Assembly: GCA_043823125.1 (NCBI GenBank)
Contig: JBDRBC010000479.1
Span: 1 to 58,185 of the forward strand
Length of the DNA: 58,185 bases
Source: a bacterium
GTDB taxonomy: Bacteria > Krumholzibacteriota > Krumholzibacteriia > LZORAL124-64-63
Direction of reading: 5' to 3'
In this document: positions 1 through 8,820 of the stretch, piece after piece
Layout of the letters: every line of letters starts with the position of its first letter
Position numbering within the stretch: position 1 is the first letter of the stretch
Translations under genes and position numbers: made by a program
The notes under the pieces: model-generated
What the model was told of the DNA's origin: nothing
What the model saw: the letters and a program-made list of their open reading frames with translations, nothing else
The model's database searches: none

Positions 1-405
1 GGCGGCCAGGTCGTCGACCATGATGCCCCAGCCGGCCGGCAGCCGTTCCAGGGAACGCACCGGCGGTGGTTTGAGAATATCGAAAACGCGGAACCAGAAG
101 AAACCGGCGAGCCAGCCGGCCACGCCGATGCCCTGATCGATGGCGAGGAAGGTCACCAGCATCCCCGCGACCTCATCACAGACCACCAGGTGGGGATCCT
201 TGCCGTGCCGCTGCTCCAGGCGAGTGGCCACCGGACCGCCCAGACCGGTGACCCCCAGCAACAGGACGATCTGCAGCCAGAGCGGAACGGGCAGCACCAG
301 GATCCACAGGCCGGTGAAGGCCAGGCTGGCCACGGTGGCGGGTGCGAAGGGCGCAAAACCGGTACCGCCGAAGGTGCCGAAGGCGTAGAGGAAAAAGCGC
401 GACAT
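1..405 (-). CDS. pgpA: phosphatidylglycerophosphatase A (3' end cut by window edge)
   Basis: Absent from the ORF track because it runs off the left edge. Minus-strand ATG at 405 follows GGAAGGA. My translation is MSRFFLYAFGTFGGTGFAPFAPATVASLAFTGLW...CDEVAGMLVTF...FRVFDILKPPP...GWGIMVDDLAA, which carries the PgpA signature blocks. Confidence 0.8.
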   Translation of the reverse strand, partial: MSRFFLYAFGTFGGTGFAPFAPATVASLAFTGLWILVLPVPLWLQIVLLLGVTGLGGPVATRLEQRHGKDPHLVVCDEVAGMLVTFLAIDQGIGVAGWLAGFFWFRVFDILKPPPVRSLERLPAGWGIMVDDLAA

Positions 406-604
406 GCAAATCCTTCCCGTTCCGAAGTCGGGAGCGCGGGCCGGCGCCGACCCAGCACGAAAATCCCGGGTCGGCCAGTGAAGATACAGTCACAGTCAGA
501 CGAAGATAGATACAACAGACCGGACGGTCAATGGCCGGACAAAACAGTCAGACAGAATGAGCGGATGGATTGGTCGGACCGGGAACAAACAGATCGGTCC
601 GCGA

Positions 605-1198
605 TCAGGCCGGCGTTCCCGCCTGGAGTGAACGGAGCACCTGCTTGGCCACGCACTTGAGGGTGTCGAAGACACCGGTCCCCTTGAGCGCGACGGCCTC
701 GAAGTACTCGTAGCCTTCGGGATTCAGCTCTTCCTCCAGCTCTGCCACCGGCACGGCGTCCGGCAAGTCGCGCTTGTTGTACTGCATCACGAACGGGATC
801 TTGGCCAGATCGAGTTCGTACTCCTTGAGGTTCTCGTGCAGGTTGTACAGTGATTCGATGTTGGCGTCGAAGCGGGAATCTTGACTGTCGGCCACGAAGA
901 CGATGCCGTCCACGCCGCGCAGGATGAGCTTGCGACTGGCGTTGTAATACACCTGCCCCGGTACGGTGTAGAGATGGAAACGGGTCTTGAAGCCCTTCAC
1001 CTCTCCCAGCTCCAGCGGCAGGAAATCGAAGAACAGGGTCCGGTCCATCTCGGTCGCCAGGGTCACCAGCCTGCCCTTGGTGTCGGGCGCCAGTTTCTCG
1101 TAGACGTACTGGATGTTGGAGGTCTTGCCGCCCAGTCCCGGACCGTAATAGACGATCTTGCAATTGATCTCACGCGACGAGTAGTTGATCAGCGACAC
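605..1198 (-). CDS. mglA: Ras-like small GTPase MglA
   Basis: 197 aa. N-terminus [17 protein letters not shown] (P-loop), then [16 protein letters not shown] and QYNKRDL (NKxD), matching the MglA family. It lies directly downstream of a Roadblock/LC7 gene. Confidence 0.9.
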   Translation of the reverse strand: MSLINYSSREINCKIVYYGPGLGGKTSNIQYVYEKLAPDTKGRLVTLATEMDRTLFFDFLPLELGEVKGFKTRFHLYTVPGQVYYNASRKLILRGVDGIVFVADSQDSRFDANIESLYNLHENLKEYELDLAKIPFVMQYNKRDLPDAVPVAELEEELNPEGYEYFEAVALKGTGVFDTLKCVAKQVLRSLQAGTPA

Positions 1199-1244
1199 GA
1201 TTCCATCCTCTTACAGGAGCCGTGGAAAGTGGCTACCCAGCGGC

Positions 1245-1742
1245 TCACTCCACGAACAGGTTGTCGATCTCCGCCGCGGCTTCTTCCGCGAAACTCTCAT
1301 CGAAGGTATCGTACTCTTCGTTCCGGTACTCCAGCTTGTCGAACAGACCATCGAGGATGGTGTTGAGCTCCTCCGCCGTCCGTTTCACGCGCAACCGTAT
1401 CAGGCCCAAGGTCGTGCGCTTGTCGAACAGGACCACGAGCACCACACCTTGCGCGATCTTGCCGAGGTACATGCTCTCTTTCGCCCCCTGGTGGTACAGG
1501 GTGCTGAAGTCCTTTTCGCCAATGAGTTTTGCCAACTGGTAGTTGGCCTCGAAGTCGGCCGCACAGAGCGAGGCGAAGCTGACCAGATCGAACTCCACCT
1601 CGTCACCGGCCTGGGTGATGAGCTGTCCGGTCCGGTCGATCAGTAAAATGTTCTGGGCGCGACTGCTGCTGAGCAGATCCTCCAGGGCAGCGTTGATCGC
1701 CCAGTAGTCTTCCTCGAAGATGGCCCACTCAGTTCTGACCAT
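1245..1742 (-). CDS. mglB: Roadblock/LC7-domain GTPase-activating protein MglB
   Basis: 165 aa with Roadblock-like core (ILLIDRTGQLITQAG...VVLVVLFDKRTTLGLIRL) and an acidic C-terminal tail. Canonical mglB-mglA order. Confidence 0.8.
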   Translation of the reverse strand: MVRTEWAIFEEDYWAINAALEDLLSSSRAQNILLIDRTGQLITQAGDEVEFDLVSFASLCAADFEANYQLAKLIGEKDFSTLYHQGAKESMYLGKIAQGVVLVVLFDKRTTLGLIRLRVKRTAEELNTILDGLFDKLEYRNEEYDTFDESFAEEAAAEIDNLFVE

Positions 1743-1855
1743 AATCCCTCTCCACGCCGACCTTCGCCGCCGTCATATCGTAGTTGATGTTGCTGCATTG
1801 TGATATCGACGGCTGGCGCGGCGGCTTGAATGCTAAAAAAGAACCGGGCGGGCGG

Positions 1856-2491
1856 TCAGAAGGAGCGACGGTACTGCAGGGCCCGTTCCAGGGTCACCTC
1901 GTCGGTGTAGGCGAGGGCGCCTCCCACCGGAATGCCGGTGGCCAGCCGGGTCAGGGTGAGGTCGTGATCACGCAGGAGACGCTGGATGAAGAGTGCCGTC
2001 GTCTCGCCCTCGACACTGGCGTCGACGGCCAGGATGACCTCGCGGACCTGGTCGGTTTCGATTCTGTCCCGGAGTCGCTCGAACGGCAGGTCGGCGGCGC
2101 CCACGCCGTCCAGCGGTGACAGCAGACCGCCGAGCACGAAGTACTTGCCGTTGAAGATCCCGGCCTTCTCGAACGGGAGGACATCCACCGGGCTGGCCAC
2201 CACGCAAAGGATGCCGGCGTCGCGCTGGGAGGCACTGCAGATGGCGCACGGATCGGCCTCGGTGATGGCGCCGCACTGACCGCAGTAGCCGACCTGTTCC
2301 AGGGCCGTGGTCATGGCCGTGGTGAGTTCACCGGCCAGATCGCCGCCGTTCTGCAAGAGGTGCAGTGCGATGCGAGTGGCCGACTTGCGCCCCAGACCGG
2401 GCAGGCGGCTCAGCGCGCGCACCAACTTCTCCAGGGCCGGGGACTGGAACTCGCCTCCATCCCGCGACCGACCGTCAGTCTCACCGTACAT
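1856..2491 (-). CDS. recR: recombination protein RecR
   Basis: 211 aa. LSRLPGLGRKSATRIALHLL (HhH), a C4 zinc finger (CGQCGAITEADPCAICS), and a Toprim segment ending VTLERALQYRR. Confidence 0.95.
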   Translation of the reverse strand: MYGETDGRSRDGGEFQSPALEKLVRALSRLPGLGRKSATRIALHLLQNGGDLAGELTTAMTTALEQVGYCGQCGAITEADPCAICSASQRDAGILCVVASPVDVLPFEKAGIFNGKYFVLGGLLSPLDGVGAADLPFERLRDRIETDQVREVILAVDASVEGETTALFIQRLLRDHDLTLTRLATGIPVGGALAYTDEVTLERALQYRRSF

Positions 2492-2539
2492 CAGCAGTCC
2501 TTCATCTAGACGAGCTGTCGTGCCGAGCCTGACCCGAGG

Positions 2540-2866
2540 TCAGCCCCCCATGCCGGGCAGGTTCATCCCCGGGATATTCATGCCGCCGGTGACCGATCCC
2601 ATCTCCGTTTCCACCATCTCGTCGACCTTGCGGGTCGCCTCGTTCACGGCGGACAAAACCATGTCCTGCAAGAACTCTATATCCTGCGGATCCACAGCCT
2701 CGGGTTTGATTTCCAGGCTCTTGAGTTCGTGCTTGCCGTTCATGACCACGGTCACCTGACCGCCTCCCACGGTGGCGCACACTTCCTTGAGCGCCAGCTC
2801 TTCCTGGACGGCGGCCATCTTCTTCTGCATCTGCTGGGCTTGCTTCATGAGCTTGCCGATATCCAT
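2540..2866 (-). CDS. ybaB: YbaB/EbfC nucleoid-associated protein
   Basis: Internal ATG at 2866, preceded by GGAGGAG, gives [24 protein letters not shown]...[23 protein letters not shown], typical of YbaB. The longer track ORF (to 2995) would overlap dnaX. Confidence 0.9.
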   Translation of the reverse strand: MDIGKLMKQAQQMQKKMAAVQEELALKEVCATVGGGQVTVVMNGKHELKSLEIKPEAVDPQDIEFLQDMVLSAVNEATRKVDEMVETEMGSVTGGMNIPGMNLPGMGG

Positions 2867-2894
2867 GTCTCCTCCAGTCGCTGCCAGCGTGTGG

Positions 2895-4880
2895 TCAGCT
2901 ATCGCGCTCGGCAGGGAAATCGCGTGGCGGTCTCGGATCACCCTGGTCTGGTGGTGGTGATATCTCGAGCTGGTCGGCGGTCGGCTCGGCGTCAACCGGG
3001 CCGTTGGCTGGCGGCGGGGGGGCCTCTTGATGAGACCAGGTGTCTTGCTCCTGATCGGAAATGGGCTCGCCCTTTAACAAGTCCACCAGCTCCGCCAGCG
3101 TCTCATCGTCGTTACAGGCATCCGCCAGCTTCTCCTGGCTGGTGGGCGCCACTTCCTTGCGGAGATTCTCGCAAAACCCATTGTCCGGTCCCGTGGCCAG
3201 AACGACGAACTGGAGCTTGATCTTGTCGCCCCAGGTGTCGGCCACCCTTGGTTCGAGGCTGTCTCGCGCGCGTTCCAGATTCTGCATCTGGAAAGCCTTG
3301 TCGGCCGGGAAGGCTATGGTCAAACGGCGGCCGGCTTCGTCGAGAGAGGGCAATCCCTCCATCAGGCAGGAGGCGAGGCCGGGATAGGACCGGTACAGGG
3401 CTTGAATGAACCCGGTCCAGCCAGGGATGGTCTCGGCGGCGGATGCTGCCACTGCCGGAGGCGCCGCCAGGTCCTGCGGGGAAACGTGGGCGCTGTTTTC
3501 CCGGGCCAGCGATTCGGGATCGGTTTTGGCTGGCGAGTCCTGACTGTAGCCCACTCGGCCGGTCAAAGCGCTGTTCCGAGCGCTGTTCCGAGCGCCGGTC
3601 CGGGCGCCGGCCGTGGCCGCGCGGCCACTGGCGCCTCGTGCGCTCGAGCCCGGGCTGCCTCTGGAGTCGCGGCCACTGCGCCCTGGGTTTTTATCACCTG
3701 TTGCCGGGGATCCGGATCCGGATTCCTGGCTCGAGATACTGCCCCCGGTCAAGGCCTGCAAGCGGCGCATCAGATCCGAGAGCAGCACCCGGGATTCGAA
3801 CTGGGCGAACTCCACCAGAGCCGCCTCGAGCAAGATACGTGGCTGACTGCTCCGGTGGATCCGCTCGTACCAGTGACAGGCGCGGTCGATCAAGGCCAGC
3901 AGATCCTGCTGGGTGAACGACTCCGCCTGACGGGACAAGGTCTCGATCTGGTCCGGCGAGAGTTCCATGGCCGAGGCCAGCTCGGGATCGATCTTGAGCA
4001 ACAGCAGATTGCGGAAGTTGAGCAGTACACCCTGGGCGAAGCTGTCGAGACTCTGCCCCGAAGTGAGGAGCTGTTCCACGAGCTGCAGCACCCGCCGGGA
4101 GTCGTGCTGGATGATCGCCTCGTTCAGCACGTGGTAGATCTCGGAGCGGATCAGCCCGAACAGCTCCACGATCCGATCCTCGTCGATGGCGCCGTCACTG
4201 GCGGCGATGAGCTGATCGAGAATACTCAATCCGTCACGCATGCTGCCTTCGGCCAGGGCAACCAGCAGCCGAAGGCCGGACTCGGTGAGTTCCGTGGCTT
4301 CGGCCGCGGCGATCTCCTGAAACCGCGTGGACAGTTCGGACTGGGTCAACAGACGGAAATCGAACCGCTGGCAACGGGAGAGGATGGTGCGCGGGATCTT
4401 GGTCGGTTCCGTGGTGGCGAAAAAAAAGTGCACCCGGGGGGGTGGCTCCTCGAGGATCTTCAACAACGCGTTGAAAGCCCCCTTGGAGAGCATGTGGACC
4501 TCGTCGATGATGAAGACCCGACAGCCACCTTTGGTGGGGCTGTACTGAGCCATGTCGCGCAGGTCACGGATGTTATCGACGCCGGTGTGCGAGGCCGCGT
4601 CGATCTCGAGCACATCGAGGTAGCTACCCAGGGCGATGTTTTTACAGGTCTCGCACTCGCCGCACGGATCGGTGTCCTGGGGATTGGCGCAGTTCAACGC
4701 CTTGGCGAGCAGACGCGCCACGGTGGTCTTGCCGGTACCGCGCGGTCCGGCGAGCAGATAAGCGTGAGAGAGTTTGTCCTTGCGCAGGGCAGCCCGCAGG
4801 GTGGTGGTCACATGTTGCTGGCCGACCATCTGGGCAAACGTGGCAGGCCGGTATTTCCGAGCCAGGGCATGGTAGGACAT
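2895..4880 (-). CDS. dnaX: DNA polymerase III subunit gamma/tau
   Basis: ATG at 4880 gives [24 protein letters not shown], followed by GPRGTGKTT (Walker A), a zinc module CGECETC, and IIDEVHMLS. There is a low-complexity Gly/Ser/Arg linker and a tau-like C-terminus. Confidence 0.95.
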   Translation of the reverse strand: MSYHALARKYRPATFAQMVGQQHVTTTLRAALRKDKLSHAYLLAGPRGTGKTTVARLLAKALNCANPQDTDPCGECETCKNIALGSYLDVLEIDAASHTGVDNIRDLRDMAQYSPTKGGCRVFIIDEVHMLSKGAFNALLKILEEPPPRVHFFFATTEPTKIPRTILSRCQRFDFRLLTQSELSTRFQEIAAAEATELTESGLRLLVALAEGSMRDGLSILDQLIAASDGAIDEDRIVELFGLIRSEIYHVLNEAIIQHDSRRVLQLVEQLLTSGQSLDSFAQGVLLNFRNLLLLKIDPELASAMELSPDQIETLSRQAESFTQQDLLALIDRACHWYERIHRSSQPRILLEAALVEFAQFESRVLLSDLMRRLQALTGGSISSQESGSGSPATGDKNPGRSGRDSRGSPGSSARGASGRAATAGARTGARNSARNSALTGRVGYSQDSPAKTDPESLARENSAHVSPQDLAAPPAVAASAAETIPGWTGFIQALYRSYPGLASCLMEGLPSLDEAGRRLTIAFPADKAFQMQNLERARDSLEPRVADTWGDKIKLQFVVLATGPDNGFCENLRKEVAPTSQEKLADACNDDETLAELVDLLKGEPISDQEQDTWSHQEAPPPPANGPVDAEPTADQLEISPPPDQGDPRPPRDFPAERDS

Positions 4881-4952
4881 CAGTTCCGCTCGGGGCCAGA
4901 GATGTGATTTCACGGATCAGGCACAGCGCCTGGAACGAACGCGGTCAGGGAA

Positions 4953-5056
4953 AAGCGGGCCAGGCTGAACGGCGCACTCGCCGAAGTTAGCATACCGCTG
5001 CTACTTTCCAGTCCTGACGGGGTTAGCGCCCCAACGCCACGCCGGGCCTGGCCCAT
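4953..5056 (-). ncRNA. ffs: signal recognition particle RNA (small, 4.5S-type); ends approximate
   Basis: The minus strand reads ...CCCGUCAGGACUGGAAAGUAGCAGCGG..., matching the conserved SRP helix-8 motif (GUCAGGuCcGGAAgGaAGCAGC) with a GGAA tetraloop. Outer stem GGGCCAGG (5047-5054) pairs with CCUGGCCC (4957-4964). It sits immediately upstream of dnaX, as in many bacteria. Confidence 0.75.
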
Positions 5057-5101
5057 CATATCCTGTGGCAACCGTCCCGGGACGGTGGCCACCGAAAATC
5101 T

Positions 5102-5178
5102 TGGTGGAGATGAGCGGGCTCGAACCGCCGACCTCCTCGTTGCGAACGAGGCGCTCTCCCAAACTGAGCTACATCCCC
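5102..5178 (-). tRNA. tRNA-Ala (anticodon CGC), CCA encoded
   Basis: Reverse complement is GGGGATGTAGCTCAGTTTGGGAGAGCGCCTCGTTCGCAACGAGGAGGTCGGCGGTTCGAGCCCGCTCATCTCCACCA. G3:U70 identity pair present; anticodon loop is TTCGCAA. Confidence 0.9.
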
Positions 5179-5281
5179 ACGTCGAAATTCACTATAGCAC
5201 CGGCCGTGGCCGGCGTCGACACCACATTCGCCGGGATGGTACCGCCCGTGGCGATTCCGGGGCGAGGTGATGCTTGTATGC

Positions 5282-5371
5282 TGGCGGAGAGGCAGGGATT
5301 CGAACCCTGGGAACCCCGAAGGGCTCAACGGTTTTCGAGACCGCCCCATTCAACCACTCTGGCACCTCTCC
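5282..5371 (-). tRNA. tRNA-Ser (anticodon CGA), CCA encoded
   Basis: 90-nt type II tRNA, GGAGAGGTGCCAGAGTGG...GGTCTCGAAAACCG..., with a long variable arm, then GGTTCGAATCCCTGCCTCTCCGCCA. Confidence 0.9.
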
Positions 5372-5390
5372 ACCACGAGTCGGGGTGATC

Positions 5391-5479
<89 letters not shown>

Positions 5480-5663
5480 ACCATAAACCGGCGGCGGAAT
5501 ATAGCACCTGATCCGGCGAAAATCAACCTGGCCCGCGTGAGCAATCGTGGTCGCAAACTGTTCAGCGCCGACCGGGCCAGCGGCCATATCATACCGACAG
5601 GAAATGCCCGCCATCAGATCAGCCACGGCTCCTGGTGCGTGCGAAATAATTCGCACTCCTCAC

Positions 5664-5691
5664 TTGACACCATCGACAAACATGCTAATAT
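5664..5691 (+). promoter_or_regulatory. sigma70-like promoter (TTGACA-N16-TAATAT) upstream of the blaI-like gene, flanked by inverted repeats
   Basis: TTGACA at 5664-5669 and TAATAT at 5686-5691. It is flanked by GCGAA-ATAA-TTCGC (5641-5654) and TTCGC-ACTAT-GCGAA (5693-5707). The TTCGCACT motif occurs twice. Confidence 0.45.
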
Positions 5692-5768
5692 CTTCGCACT
5701 ATGCGAATTTTCCCGCACAACTCGGTGTACCCGGGGAGTTCCACGTTGACATCCATCGAGGAGACGTG

Positions 5769-6158
5769 ATGGCCAAGAATCCCCACGAGACCCTGAGCCG
5801 ACGTGAACGGCAGATCATGGACATCGTCTACCGGCTCGGTCGAGCCACAGTCAACGATGTCCTGGTGAACCTCCCCGATCCACCCGGGTATTCCGGCGTG
5901 CGCGCGCATTTACGGATCCTGGAACAGAAAGGCCATCTGCATCACGAAACCGATGGTGCCCGCTACATCTACTCGCCGCGGGTCTCACGGGAGCGAGCCA
6001 GGAAATCTGCTCTCCACAATCTGTTACACAACTTCTTCGATGGATCACGTGAACAACTCATCGCAACCCTGCTCGACTCGTCCGCCACCGAGCTGGCGGA
6101 CACCGAGCTCGAAAATCTGGCTCGACTGATCGATCAGGCTCGACTGGAGGGACGATGA
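5769..6158 (+). CDS. BlaI/MecI/CopY-family transcriptional repressor
   Basis: ATG at 5769 gives MAKNPHETLSRRERQIMDIVYRLGRATVNDVLVNL...SGVRAHLRILEQKGHL, a winged-helix domain of the penicillinase-repressor family. Its stop overlaps the next gene's start (ATGA). Confidence 0.85.
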   Translation: MAKNPHETLSRRERQIMDIVYRLGRATVNDVLVNLPDPPGYSGVRAHLRILEQKGHLHHETDGARYIYSPRVSRERARKSALHNLLHNFFDGSREQLIATLLDSSATELADTELENLARLIDQARLEGR

Positions 6159-7789
6159 ATATGTTTCCACTTTTGGCAAGCGAGACTGTATCCACGTCGG
6201 CGGCCGCCTGGGCTCACTGGATTCTCGATCTCACCCTCAAAAGCAGTATATTGCTCGCCGTGGTGGGTCTGGTGTCTTTCGGTCTGCGGCATCGTTCCGC
6301 CGCAACCCGACATCTGCTCTGGACCCTCGGCGTCGCCGGTGTCCTGGTGCTCCCGCTGTTGACCGCCGTGCTCCCCGATTGGAGGCTGCCGATACTCCCG
6401 GACCTGGACCTGGCGTCCGTGACTCGGGTGGCGGAAGCCGAGGTGTCCTGGGCACCCGGTCCGGTTGGTCTGCTGGATGAATCTGCGATCGCCGCATCGC
6501 CATCACCCCCGGTGGTGTCGCAGACCGCGGTCGTCGCCACCCCGGCACCTCGTGACCGTGCCCACTCGGGATTCCACGCCGTCGCACTCCTGTTGTCCCA
6601 GGCACGTCCCGCGGTCTGGCTGTACTTTCTCTGGTTCACCGGGATATTTCTGGTGCTGTTCAGCTTTCTCGTCTCTGTTTTCCGGCTCTGGCAACTCGTG
6701 CGAAACGCCGCAGCACTGGACGCCGGAGACTGGACTGAAGCGCTGGGTCGGCTGCAACAAGAGTATGGCCTCACCGGTAAGGTTCAGCTGCTGCGGACTC
6801 TCGGCTCCCACTCTCCCCTCGCTTTCGGCCTGACCCGGGCGGTCATTCTCTTGCCGGAGAACTGCGGCGACTGGGACCGTGTTCAACGTGATGACGTGCT
6901 GCGGCACGAACTCGCTCACGTCAAGCGAGGCGATGGTTGGAGCCAGGTCATGGCCAATGTCCTCTGCCTGTTCTACTGGTTCAACCCCCTGGTGTGGCTG
7001 GCGGCCGGACGGATGCGCGTCGAGCGGGAGTTGGCGTGCGACGACCAGGTCATCCTTCGCGGTGCCAGGCCGTCAGCCTATGCCAGCAGCTTGCTGGCCA
7101 TCGCCCGTTCTTTGACTGCAACCAGCGGCACCTCTCCCGTGAGCGTGGCCATGGCGAGACGCCCCCTTTTCACCCGCCGGTTGGCGGCCGTCCTGGATCC
7201 GCGACGACACCGCACCACACCCGGCCGGGGCGTGGTCCTGGCGGCGGCGTGTGTGCTGCTGAGTTTCCTGCTGCCGCTGGCGTCCATCAGCCGCGACACC
7301 GAAACCGCCACCGCTGCGGTGGATCACCGGGCGCAGGCAGCCGGCCTCGTCGCCGCCACCCCCGGGAGTCCACACGACTGCGCTTCACGAGACACGCCAT
7401 CCGGACAGGATCGCGAGACCATCCGCCGGGCCATCGAAACCAACGCGTTACAGATGCTCGCCGCCATCGAACGCCGGGACGCGGCGGGCTGGGCGCGCTT
7501 CTATGCCCGGGACGCTCGCCTGTACATTCCCGACCAGCGGCCGTTCCGCGGACGGCGTGGCGCCCGGGATCACATGGAACAAGCGCTCGCCGCCGGCATC
7601 GCCGCGGTGGAGACCCAGCGCGACGAGCTGGAGTTTCTCGGCGAACTCGTCTACGAGACCGGCAGTTTCATCACGCGCGGCCGCAACCCCCGGTCCTACG
7701 TCAAGGGTCGATACCTGACGGTCTGGAAATGGGAGGACGGGGAGTGGCTCATCAGCCGCGACATGATCACCATTCAGGAGGTCCACTGA
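6155..7789 (+). CDS. BlaR1/MecR1-like M56 peptidase signal transducer with C-terminal NTF2-like (DUF4440/SnoaL-like) domain
   Basis: 544 aa with multiple N-terminal TM helices and the zinc motif LRHELAHVKRGD (HExxH). The C-terminal ~130 aa (...YLTVWKWEDGEWLISRDM) replace the usual penicillin-binding sensor domain. Confidence 0.8.
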   Translation: MNMFPLLASETVSTSAAAWAHWILDLTLKSSILLAVVGLVSFGLRHRSAATRHLLWTLGVAGVLVLPLLTAVLPDWRLPILPDLDLASVTRVAEAEVSWAPGPVGLLDESAIAASPSPPVVSQTAVVATPAPRDRAHSGFHAVALLLSQARPAVWLYFLWFTGIFLVLFSFLVSVFRLWQLVRNAAALDAGDWTEALGRLQQEYGLTGKVQLLRTLGSHSPLAFGLTRAVILLPENCGDWDRVQRDDVLRHELAHVKRGDGWSQVMANVLCLFYWFNPLVWLAAGRMRVERELACDDQVILRGARPSAYASSLLAIARSLTATSGTSPVSVAMARRPLFTRRLAAVLDPRRHRTTPGRGVVLAAACVLLSFLLPLASISRDTETATAAVDHRAQAAGLVAATPGSPHDCASRDTPSGQDRETIRRAIETNALQMLAAIERRDAAGWARFYARDARLYIPDQRPFRGRRGARDHMEQALAAGIAAVETQRDELEFLGELVYETGSFITRGRNPRSYVKGRYLTVWKWEDGEWLISRDMITIQEVH

Positions 7790-8283
7790 TGTCGACGATT
7801 CACCGGGCCTGCCTGGTCAGCACGTTGCTCTGCTCGCTCTGCCTCCTCGCCACACCGGTGCCAGCCGTGCTGAAGGGTGACATACCGCCACAACTTGCCG
7901 AGAGTTACATGCTGCTCGAGGATATCTATTACCGCGGCCGCCTGGAGCGGGTCGACGATCTGTATACCGAGGATGCCGAGCTGTACGTGCCGGACCAGGA
8001 CGTGATCCGCGGCCACCGTCGCATCCGGCGACACTGGCAGTCCATCATCGACCGGGAGTTCGCGGATTTCGAGATCGAGGTGGACGAGCTGATCGAAGCG
8101 GAAGATTCCATCCTGCAGATCGGCACCGTCTGGGTGGAGGCGGACCACGGCACCGCCCTCGTCGCTGTCCGTTTCATGACCATCTGGAAGCTGGAGGACG
8201 GGCAGTGGAAGATCCACCGGGACATCTCCAACGTGGAAAACGTCCACCGGGTGGAGCAGCACGGCAATTCCGTGGTGAACTGA
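7789..8283 (+). CDS. secreted NTF2-like (DUF4440-type) protein, paralogous to the C-terminal domain of the upstream M56 protein
   Basis: ATG at 7789 overlaps the upstream stop (TGATG). Signal peptide MSTIHRACLVSTLLCSLCLLATPVPA. AELYVPDQDVIRGHRRI...FMTIWKLEDGQWKIHRDI aligns with ARLYIPDQRPFRGRRGA...YLTVWKWEDGEWLISRDM of the previous gene. Confidence 0.75.
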   Translation: MSTIHRACLVSTLLCSLCLLATPVPAVLKGDIPPQLAESYMLLEDIYYRGRLERVDDLYTEDAELYVPDQDVIRGHRRIRRHWQSIIDREFADFEIEVDELIEAEDSILQIGTVWVEADHGTALVAVRFMTIWKLEDGQWKIHRDISNVENVHRVEQHGNSVVN

Positions 8284-8289
8284 CCTCGC

Positions 8290-8790
8290 CTAGCAATTTC
8301 CAGGCGGTTCGGGCTCACGGCGGCGGCGGAAGAAATCTTGCAGTATCCCCGTGCAGCGCTCGGCCAGTATACCGCCGACGATCTCCACCGATTGTCGATA
8401 CGGGTTCCCGTCGAACAGGCGACTGGTGGAGACCACCGCGCCGGCGCGCTTGTCGCTGGCGCCGTACACGAGCTTGCCGAGCCGGCTCAACAGCATGGCG
8501 CCGCTACACATGATACACGGTTCGAGGGTGACGTAGAGACTGGCGCCGTCCAGCCGCCAGTCGCCGAGAGTGGTGGCCGCCGCGCCGATGGCCAGGATCT
8601 CGGCGTGGGCGGTGGCGTCACGTAAGGTTTCCACCTGGTTGTGCCCGCGCCCCAGCAGGCGATCCTGATACACCACCACCGCACCGACGGGCACCTCGCC
8701 TTTCTCGGCCGCCTGTTCCGCCTCGCGGATTGCTTCCAGCATCCAGCGGTCGTGAGACCGGAAGCTGGCCAGCAGGTCGTCACCGTGCAT
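8290..8790 (-). CDS. tadA: tRNA adenosine(34) deaminase
   Basis: 166 aa with the CDA zinc motifs HAEILAI and PCIMCSGA, and VPVGAVVV near the N-terminus. Confidence 0.9.
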   Translation of the reverse strand: MHGDDLLASFRSHDRWMLEAIREAEQAAEKGEVPVGAVVVYQDRLLGRGHNQVETLRDATAHAEILAIGAAATTLGDWRLDGASLYVTLEPCIMCSGAMLLSRLGKLVYGASDKRAGAVVSTSRLFDGNPYRQSVEIVGGILAERCTGILQDFFRRRREPEPPGNC

Positions 8791-8820
8791 GGGGCTTTTC
8801 CCGATTTCCGGCGGATCCGC

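Noticed and set aside
4415-4435. A T8 homopolymer on the dnaX coding strand as a programmed frameshift site for gamma production.
   Set aside because: It lies in the N-terminal ATPase domain (encoding VHFFFATT), far upstream of where gamma/tau frameshifting occurs, and it is not an A-AAA-AAG heptamer with a downstream hairpin.
3402-4907. 501-aa plus-strand ORF antisense to dnaX. Similar long antisense ORFs occur at 8641-10689, 11781-13193, 33267-34718, 35028-36617, 40108-41256, 42949-44289, 49374-50903, 51328-52761 and 56418-57512.
   Set aside because: Each lies entirely opposite a gene with clear family motifs. Their translations are Arg/Gly/Pro/His-rich low-complexity strings with no motifs or RBS, which is the typical stop-codon-poor shadow frame of GC-rich DNA.
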